Notes: generated by a model not told the origin, from the letters alone. Positions 1 to 6,104 are shown, counted from the first letter of the stretch. The stretch: 7,699 nt of DNA from Octopus sinensis (GCF_006345805.1 NW_021828793.1:1-7699), one strand, 5' to 3'. Made by a program: numbers and translations.

Positions 1-218
1 TTAGGCAAATCAAACAATGAAAAACATAAGCCAATACATAAAATAATTAATTTATATTATTTAAATATATATCAAATTATTCAAGTTTAATAAAAGATAA
101 TGAGTAAAACACTACCTCGTTTCATGTGCTGTCAATTCGTAATAATTCGAGTTATGGTTAAGTCAATCTTCAGGTAATTGAAATATTTATCTTAGCGAGT
201 TTACAATATACGCATCTG
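1..218 (-). mobile_element. End of a non-coding TA-flanked DNA-transposon/MITE-like element (runs off the window start); inverted copy of 5254-5470
   Basis: The reverse complement of 1-218 aligns along its length with 5254-5470, with scattered substitutions and small indels. It ends ...TACGCATCTG (209-218) followed by TA (219-220), a Tc1/mariner-type TA|CAG terminus. Confidence 0.8.
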
Positions 219-578
219 TATAATCTGTTGACAGGGAGAACACAAACATGGTTTAAACAGTAAGCTTGTCAGGAAAGAAACGTGCCTTTAAGCAGTACAA
301 AAACAACAAAAAATGGAAGGTGCAGTTATGTACAGGTTGACGGAAGAAAAGCAGGACAAAACGATGCATGTAAATGAGTTAGCTGGCGGTAAATCTAGAT
401 GGAAAAGCATGCTGATTTTTTTGAGCAAACTGCACGTGCATTTTTCTCGCATACGCGTTGTGTCGATCGCAACAGCTGATGAACTTGCGCGTACAAATGC
501 ACGTTCCCACGACTCTATCGATCGCATTCTCACCTGCAATCGATTTTTGCAATTTTTTTCAAGACTTATACACGCCCT

Positions 579-667
579 GATACCGTCGGTATCTACGTCT
601 CAAATTTGAGCGCAATCGGATGGAGGATGCCCGAGATCCTAGAAGACACTCACACACACACAGACAG
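579..667 (+). mobile_element. Possible Helitron/Helentron-derived (DINE-1/HINE-like) non-autonomous fragment
   Basis: Hairpin GATACCG-T-CGGTATC (579-593), then CAAATTT...ATCGG...GAGAT, then a CA/CAGA microsatellite (646-667). This layout recalls HINE-type elements; the family assignment is by resemblance only. Confidence 0.3.
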
Positions 668-734
668 TTATTTTGAGTCTAATTTCAAGACTGCATGGTC
701 ATAAATGTTTCAGATGGTCCATGTCACCCTGTGA

Positions 735-1000
735 GAGGTGCCAAAATTGGTGGTTAGAGTGTTGCACTCATGATTGCGAGATCGTGATTTTGATTCCAAG
801 ACCAGGCGTTGCATTGTGTTCTTGAGCAAAGCACTTGATTTCACGTTGTTTTGCGATAATTTCGTAACCTGGCATGTGGAGTACATGGTGCACCTGTACA
901 GGTAATGTTGATTTGATGGAGAGTGGGAGCTTAAGTGAACACAAACACTTGATCAGTTTGAACAAATTGTTTGCGTGGTCTAACCACGGGAGAGGCCACT
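735..1000 (+). mobile_element. Degenerate tRNA-derived SINE with a CORE-like central segment
   Basis: A-box-like TGGTGGTTAGAGTG (~748-761), degenerate B-box ATTTTGATTCC (787-797), then TGTGTTCTTGAGCAAAGCACTT (815-836), which resembles the CORE motif TGTGACCTTGGGCAAGTCACTT. It ends in a CA/TA microsatellite; the 3' boundary is approximate. Confidence 0.6.
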
Positions 1001-1003
1001 ACA

Positions 1004-1034
1004 ACACACACACACACCACACACCACACACTCG

Positions 1035-1082
<48 letters not shown>
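1004..1082. repeat. Compound microsatellite: imperfect (CA)n/(CAC)n then (TA)22
   Basis: Read directly; the TA run spans 1039-1082. Confidence 0.97.
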
Positions 1083-1086
<4 letters not shown>

Positions 1087-1216
1087 CTTTACTGCCCACA
1101 AGGGACTGAACATAGTGGGACAAACAAGGACAGACAAAGGGGTTAAGTCGATTAAATCGACCCCAATGCGAAACTGGTACTTAATTTATCGACCCCGAAA
1201 GAATGAAAGGCAAAGT
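1083..1216 (-). mobile_element. Headless SINE fragment (central domain plus 3' tail), same central domain as 5631-5817
   Basis: 1155-1216 (ATCGACCCC...GTACTTAATTTATCGACCCCGAAAGAATGAAAGGCAAAGT) matches ~5680-5739. The tRNA head is absent, and the tail abuts the (TA)n. Confidence 0.8.
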
Positions 1217-1413
1217 TAATCCAAACATGAAAACACAAAGAGAAAACACAACAACACGAGGACGTGGAACAAGTATAGTGTTATTGGTCGCTCAGGAAAG
1301 GAAAGAAAGAAGGACGATTTAACGTTTCGAGCGGAGCTCTTCGTAAGAAACATAGGAAAAGGAAAGATCCAAGGAAGGGAAGACAGAGGGAAAAAAATCG
1401 CCAACGGTACACT
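1212..1413 (-). mobile_element. ~200-nt Penelope-like-element (pLTR)/retrozyme-like unit carrying a hammerhead motif
   Basis: Contains the hammerhead-like motif at 1317-1351 in a pyrimidine-rich (minus-strand) context and has no ORF. The assignment rests on the established association of minimal type-I hammerheads with Penelope-like elements. Confidence 0.6.
1317..1351 (-). ncRNA. Degenerate minimal type-I hammerhead ribozyme (G5>U core mutation)
   Basis: The minus strand reads GTTT-CTTACGA-A-GAGC-TCC-GCTC-GAAA-CG-TT-AAAT. Stem I is GUUU/AAAU, the core CUUACGA is one change from CUGANGA, stem II is GAGC/GCUC, then GAAA, a palindromic stem III (AACGUU) and a GUU cleavage triplet. Confidence 0.7.
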
Positions 1414-1414
1414 C

Positions 1415-1416
<2 letters not shown>

Positions 1417-1510
<94 letters not shown>

Positions 1511-1543
1511 GTGTATGTATGTATATATATATATATATATATA
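1417..1543. repeat. Compound (CA)n-(TA)n-(TATG)-(TA)n microsatellite
   Basis: Read directly. Confidence 0.97.
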
Positions 1544-1558
1544 TTGCTTAATGAATAA

Positions 1559-2634
1559 CTGGTCAACAAATTTTTTGTTGCATTGATATCAACACTTTGA
1601 TAACCAAGTCTGAGTGCATAGATTTCAGATCTGAAACTGGTTATTTAACTAAATGCATTAATTGTTTGACAATCACGGTATTCCATAATCTCAAAATTTC
1701 GTCTTCATCGCATTGACGTCATAGTCTACCAAGAGATATCTGTGATTAAACTCTCTTTGTATTAACTGGGTAATAAAATAGATTATGCAAGATAGTATAA
1801 ATTTATTCAAGAACACAATGTGAAACGTTTTCCCTAATAAGCAAAGGTTGTAGTTTATATAAAACTAATTTATAAATAAGACATTAGTTACTATGAGAAG
1901 GCAAAGCTCGATTGCAGTCTATTCATGCAGGAATTTGCGGTTGAAGCTTTTGTGCCTGTGGACTGTCTCGGAGCAATCTCGCTTAATGATCCAATAGTAG
2001 TCTGCCATATTATGTTTGTCTCATCTTCCTTGGTAACGCTCTTCCATGGCCTTGAGGTCCTATTGGAACCGCTCGCTTTGTTCGTCAATTACTGTTCCTA
2101 GGTTCTCAGGAAATCTATCAAGAAAACTGTGCATGAAATGGAATTTGACACTAATGTTACATCCAAGATTACGAAAAGCTGACAACATATTAGCTACGAT
2201 AGTTTCATAGTTGTCAGACGTTTTATTACCGAGAAAGTTTTCTATTCCCGCCATAAGTGAAAGCCATGTCATTCATCGTTCTGACAAATTCTTGAACACG
2301 TACAAGTGTACGAATCTGCGCTCCGTCAAACACACCCGCCTTGATCATCTCGAAGGACAAAGCAGAGAGAGTAGAGACTATGTGTTGGAAGCAATCCTCA
2401 TCAGAATTTAATGCTTTGCCAAACTGTTTCATCAAACCCAGCTTGATGTGGAACGGAGGTAATTAATTAATTTGACCACAAATGTCTAGAATGCAAAACC
2501 TAAATTTGCATGAAAACTTGAGCATGTCGAACATAACTGTTTTCAGATTTGAATTTAGCAGGTTAAAAACAGTAAGAATTAGTAAAAGAAAAATCTTATG
2601 CAACTGAGATTTCGCAAAACTTTGTTGTCCTGTG
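1559..2634 (-). mobile_element. Internally deleted Chapaev3-like (CMC superfamily) DNA transposon
   Basis: The right end on the minus strand reads CACAGGACAACAAAGTTTT and the left end reads (A)ACTGGTCAACAAATTTTT (15/19 match over 1557-1575). TAA flanks both sides (1556-1558, 2635-2637), there are similar subterminal TTCA(G/A)ATCTGAAA motifs at both ends, and it contains a transposase C-terminal relic. Confidence 0.7.
1919..2463 (-). pseudogene. Transposase C-terminal relic, Chapaev3-like
   Basis: Joined frames give LPPFHIKLGLMKQFGKAL...KAGVFDGAQIR...NFLGNK...NY...LGCNISVKFHFMHSFLDRFPENLGTVIDEQSERFQ*DLKAMEERYQGR*DKHNMADYYWIIKRD...KFLHE*. This matches the LPPLHIKLGLMK / HFLHSHLD.FPENLG.VSDE.GERFHQD / YQG.W...M.ADYCW motifs I recall for Chapaev3 transposases. 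It has one frameshift near 2270 and two internal stops. Confidence 0.75.
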
Positions 2635-2637
2635 TAA

Positions 2638-3221
2638 TGCGGTTTTTGTATACTTCTTTTTTTTTCAAAATTAAGTTTAACAAAGTTATTTTTTAATCTA
2701 ATATATATTCTCTTTCATTTTCTACAATGCTCTTCCATCTATCTGATAGACATGCAAGGCCCTTCTTCCAAAAATCACTTGTCTGTGACGAAAAATACTC
2801 CTCCAGTACTCTTCTGACCTCGTCTACAGAATTCATATTTTTTCCGTCCAAATGATTTTGAAGACTGCGGAATGAATGATAATCAGATGGGGCAATGTCC
2901 GGCGAATATGGTGGTGGGCATCGTTTCCCATTCAAACTGCTCCAGCTTTTGGAATGTCGTCTTCGCTGTATGTGTCCGAGCATTATCCTGATGGAAGAAC
3001 CCCTTTCATCTTGAAACCAAAGATGGTCATTTTACCGCCAGCGCTGACTAAAGCCGCTCAAGCTGCTCGCAGTAGATCACCTTTTTTATCGTTTGGGTTG
3101 GGTTTAAAAGTCCAAATTGAACTAAACCTTTCACATCCCATCAAATACATAAGAATATTTTACGTGGGTGAAAACCTTCTTTAGCCTGGGCAGCCGGTGT
3201 TTCTCCTTTCCCTAACCACTC
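2638..3221 (-). mobile_element. 5'-truncated mariner (DD34D) element
   Basis: Contains the transposase relic listed next. (TAA)TGCGGTTTTTG at 2635-2648 resembles the inner part of mariner TIRs such as Hsmar1 (GTAATTGCGGTTTT). Confidence 0.85.
2693..3221 (-). pseudogene. Mariner transposase pseudogene (catalytic C-terminal half)
   Basis: The minus strand gives EWLGKGETPAAQAKEGFHPRKIFLCI*WDVKGLV...IYCEQLERL*...FFHQDNARTHTAKTTFQKLEQFEWETM, a frameshift, then PPYSPDIAPSDYHSFRSLQNHLDGK...WKSIVENEREYILD*. It has the mariner HQDNA and YSPDIAPSDY motifs, with 34 residues between the two Asp once the frameshifted codon is restored. Confidence 0.93.
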
Positions 3222-4302
3222 AAAAAGGTGATTAAATTCATTAAAATGACAGATCTCTCGGATCAAATTGTTGGTGCTCGTATAGCAGGCGCTAGCGTAA
3301 CGAAAACAGCCAAACTGTTTGGTGTATCAAGAAATACTGTCTCGAAAGTAATGACAGCCTTTGAGAAAGAGGGAATAACCTTGTCATCGAAAGAAAACTC
3401 CGGAAGAAAACCAGTACTTTCAGATAGGGACCGTCGCACTCTTATGCGAATTGTTAGAAAGGATCACAAAAGTACGCTCCCGAAATTACTGCAGAACTTA
3501 ATGACCCACTCGAGAACTCAGTTTCCATAAAAACTGTTCGCCGAGAGCAGCACAAAGTCGGAATTCACAGGAGGGCTGCAATCAGAAAACCACTACTTTC
3601 GAAAAACAAACGTCGCAAAGCATTTAGAGTGGAGTAAAAACCTACAGAATTGGTCCCTAGAGCAGTGGAAGAATGTTATTTTCTCAGACAAGTCATCCTT
3701 TACTCTTATTTCCAACTACCAGCCGAGTATGCGTGTGGAGACAGCCAAAAGAAGCATTGGACCCAGACTGCCGTCTTCCAACTGTTAAACATGGAGGAAG
3801 ATCTGTGATCATCTGGTGGGGAGCGATATCTTAGAAATCCACCGGCCCAGTGGTTTCCCTTCATGGCAGAATTTATAGTAAAAACTGTTTAAGCATTTTA
3901 TCTGTTCAAATTCTTCTTATGGCTGCAGAACTGTTTCCGGGAGAAAACGCAATCTTTCAGGATGATAATGCACCAATTCACACTGCTAAATTTGTTACTG
4001 AATGGAATGAGAAACATTCTAGTGAAGTTGAACATCTTATCTGGCCATCACAGTCCCCACATCTCAATATTATTTAGAAAAACAAGTAAAGAATCGATAT
4101 ACTCCACCATTATCAATACAAGAACTGGAGACTGTTTTAGCTGAAGAATGGAGAAAAATTCTTTTGGAATCAATTCAAACTTTGTACGAGTAAATAGCTC
4201 GTAGAATTCAAGATATAATTACTGCCAAAGGCAGTCCTGCCCCATATTAATATAAATGTGTTTCAAATTTTAAGGTGTTTCCATTATTTTGTCCAACCCC
4301 TG
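3222..4302 (+). mobile_element. Tc1-family element lacking its left TIR
   Basis: The right end ...AAGGTGTTTCCATTATTTTGTCCAACCCCTG (4272-4302) is followed by TA (4303-4304), so the TIR reads CAGGGGTTGGACAAAATAATGGAAACACC. No matching left TIR is found upstream of the ATG. Confidence 0.88.
3246..4250 (+). pseudogene. Near full-length Tc1-type transposase pseudogene with DD36E-type spacing
   Basis: MTDLSDQIVGARIAGASVTKTAKLFGVSRNTVSKV (HTH), then SGRKPVLSDRDRR, KTVRR, AAIRKPLLS, IFSD (D at 3687-3689), PTVKHGG, FQDDNAPIHTA (D at 3964-3966), WPSQSPHLNII, a deletion, then LEKQVKNR...IQTLYE*IARRIQDIITAKGSPAPY*. It has several frameshifts and stops. Confidence 0.93.
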
Positions 4303-4310
4303 TATATATA

Positions 4311-4690
4311 GGCGCAGGAGTGGCTGTGTGCTAAGAACCTTGCTTCGTAACCACATGGTTCCGGCTTCATCTCCTCTGCGTGGCAACATCGGCAAGTGTC
4401 TTCTACTATAGCCTCGGGCCTACCAAAGCCTTGTGAGTGAATTCGGCAGACAGAAACTGAAAGAAGCGCGTCGGATACGTATATGTATGTGCATGTGTCT
4501 GTTTGTCCGCCCACCATCGCTTGACAACCGATGTTGGTGTGTTTACGTTCCCGTAATTTCGCGGTTCGACAAAAGGGACCGATAGAATAATTACTAGGCC
4601 TAGAAAGAATAATTACTGGGGCCGATTTGTTCGGACTAAAGGCGGTGCTCAGCATGGCCGCAGTGAAATGACTTGAATAAGCAAAAGAAT
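4311..4690 (+). mobile_element. Essentially full-length tRNA-derived SINE (CORE-like segment, internal TATG/TGTG tract)
   Basis: A-box-like TGGCTGTGTGCTA (4321-4333), a degenerate B-box (~4364-4374), and CORE-like GGCAAGTGTCTT. The 5' half matches 7259-7398 and the 3' half matches the reverse complement of 7506-7699. It is flanked by TA tracts. Confidence 0.85.
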
Positions 4691-4695
4691 ATATA

Positions 4696-4744
<49 letters not shown>

Positions 4745-4752
4745 TATATATA
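4690..4752. repeat. Imperfect (TA)n microsatellite
   Basis: Read directly. Confidence 0.95.
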
Positions 4753-5214
4753 TTCTTTTATTGTTTACTGGATAGACAGTGTAAGCAATGGAATGCCATA
4801 TGTGTTTCAGTAAGACTACCACACATGGCTCATGTAACACAGGAACGGATGAGTGAAAATTTTCATAGTCACATAACCCCTAACATTTAGCCTCGTAATT
4901 CCCCAGATCACAAATCCATTGGACTATTTACATGTGGAGCGTTGTTGAGAAAGAGGTCAAGGAAAGTGCCCGTATCACCAAATATTCTTTGAAAGCTATC
5001 ATAGTCAGTGTAATATGCAAATGAACCAGGACTACTTGATTACATCATGTAGATGATTTAAATCTCGTATAGAAGAAGTTGTTGAAGCGGAAGATGGCTT
5101 TATTGAATAACATTATAGAAAAGAAGGTTTATTTTTGACCACATAGCATTTGTAATTATATATCTGTTTTTTTTTTATAAACATAAAACTGTCTTCAAAT
5201 ATCTTACGCATCTG
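4753..5214 (+). mobile_element. 5'-truncated maT-like element with intact right terminus
   Basis: About 100 bp after the stop codon it ends ...CTTCAAATATCTTACGCATCTG|TA (5214). The left side breaks at a TA tract. Confidence 0.7.
4769..5110 (+). pseudogene. Tc1/mariner-superfamily transposase 3' relic, maT/DD37D-like
   Basis: Joined frames give WIDSVSNGMPYVFQ*D..HMAHVTQERMSENFHSHITPNI*PRNSPD.NPLDY.MWSVVEKEV...MNQDYLITSCR*FKSRIEEVVEAEDGFIE*. The third catalytic residue is D in NPLDY (4922-4924). The 37-residue spacing is inferred because of a small deletion after the second D. Confidence 0.75.
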
Positions 5215-5219
5215 TATAC

Positions 5220-5253
<34 letters not shown>
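5215..5253. repeat. (TA)n tract between two transposon termini
   Basis: Read directly. Confidence 0.95.
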
Positions 5254-5257
<4 letters not shown>

Positions 5258-5578
5258 TGCGTATTGTTAAACCTCGCTAATATATTTCAATTACCTGAAG
5301 ATTGACTGTAACCATAACTCGAATTATTACGAATTGGACAGCATGAAACGATCGAGTGTTTTACTCATTATCTTTTATAAACTTTTAATAATTTTGATAT
5401 ATATTTAAAATAATATAAATTAATTAATTTTATGTATTGGCTTATGTTTTTCATTGTTTGATTTGCCTAATAGTGGTTTTATCTCTAATTTAATATAATA
5501 TAATATTTTACTATAAAATTGGATTTAATCCTAATCTGATTTTTCCCTGTAAGTTTGGATTTATTCCCTAATATTTTA
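5254..5578 (+). mobile_element. Non-coding TA|CAGATGCGTA-terminated element; second copy of 1-218
   Basis: 5254-5470 is the inverted homolog of 1-218. The extension to ~5578 is assumed, and no second TIR is seen before the TA tract. Confidence 0.72.
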
Positions 5579-5594
5579 TTATATACATATATAT

Positions 5595-5630
<36 letters not shown>
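5579..5630. repeat. Imperfect (TA)n microsatellite
   Basis: Read directly. Confidence 0.95.
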
Positions 5631-5631
<1 letters not shown>

Positions 5632-5816
5632 TCTTTTCTAGTGTAGGGCCAAATTTGGGGGAGGGGCCCTGACGATTAGATCGACTCAGTACGCAACTCG
5701 TACTTAATTTATCGACCCCTAAAGGATGAAAGGCAAAGTCGACCTCGGCGGAATCTGTACTCAGAATGTAAAGTCAGACGAAATACCGCGTGCTAACGTT
5801 TCTGCTAGCTCGGCGC

Positions 5817-5817
<1 letters not shown>
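5631..5817 (-). mobile_element. tRNA-derived SINE, minus strand, with conserved central domain (Meta/MESC-like by recollection)
   Basis: The minus strand reads GGCGCCGAGCTAGCAGAAACGTTAGC (A-box-like)...GAGTACAGATTCC (degenerate B-box), then GTCGACTTTGCCTTTCATCCTTTAGGGGTCGATAAATTAAGTAC, shared with 1155-1216. Both ends sit in TA tracts. Confidence 0.82.

Positions 5818-5819
<2 letters not shown>

Positions 5820-5863
<44 letters not shown>
5820..5863. repeat. (TA)n microsatellite
   Basis: Read directly. Confidence 0.97.
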
Positions 5864-5866
<3 letters not shown>

Positions 5867-6008
5867 CGGTAATGTACTTGCATAGCATATGATTTGATCT
5901 TATATCGTGTGCTGAAACAAAAACAACTGCAGCGTGGAAGGTGTTTATAAGCCATTTAAATACACACAAAAACCATTAGTTTCACTTCAACATTTAAATT
6001 TAATTCAT

Positions 6009-6052
6009 GTCATAATATTTTCCTCGCTTTCAACCGCAACTTGTTCATTGAC
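6009..6052 (-). ncRNA. Variant hammerhead-like motif (left arm of the foldback)
   Basis: The minus strand reads GTCA-ATGAACA-A-GTTGC-GGTTGAAA-GCGAG-GAAA-ATAT-T-A-TGAC. Stem I is GUCA/UGAC, stem III is the palindrome AAUAUU, and the triplet is UUA. The core is non-canonical. Confidence 0.45.
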
Positions 6053-6060
6053 GAAATTTC

Positions 6061-6104
6061 GTCCTGAACAGGCCGCGGTTTCAAAGCGACGAAAATATTT
6101 TGAC
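6061..6104 (+). ncRNA. Variant hammerhead-like motif (right arm of the foldback)
   Basis: GTC-CTGAACA-G-GCCGC-GGTTTCAAA-GCGAC-GAAA-ATAT-T-T-TGAC, the same layout as the left arm. The core is non-canonical. Confidence 0.45.

Noticed and set aside
288-609. ORFs 313-609 (+) and 288-539 (-) as host genes
   Set aside because: They are short, have no recognisable domain, and overlap a probable repeat.
874-1569. ORFs 874-1083, 931-1137, 971-1219, 1216-1569 and 1281-1472
   Set aside because: They are translations of CA/TA microsatellites and repeats (YIYI, VCVC, HTHT), not proteins.
1919-5110. Active or domesticated transposase (e.g. a SETMAR-like gene)
   Set aside because: All four relics have stops, frameshifts or deleted catalytic residues, and no fused domain is seen.
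219-5253. Composite transposon bounded by the inverted CAGATGCGTA ends
   Set aside because: The termini at 218 and 5254 point the wrong way to enclose the interval, and the outer ends are not visible.
735-5817. Genuine tRNA genes at 735, 4311 and 5817
   Set aside because: The A/B boxes are degenerate, no full cloverleaf is apparent, and each runs into a SINE body.
6042-6070. TTGACGA at the foldback centre as a canonical CUGANGA hammerhead core
   Set aside because: No stem II-GAAA follows it in the right geometry. The workable fold uses the NUGAACA segment instead.
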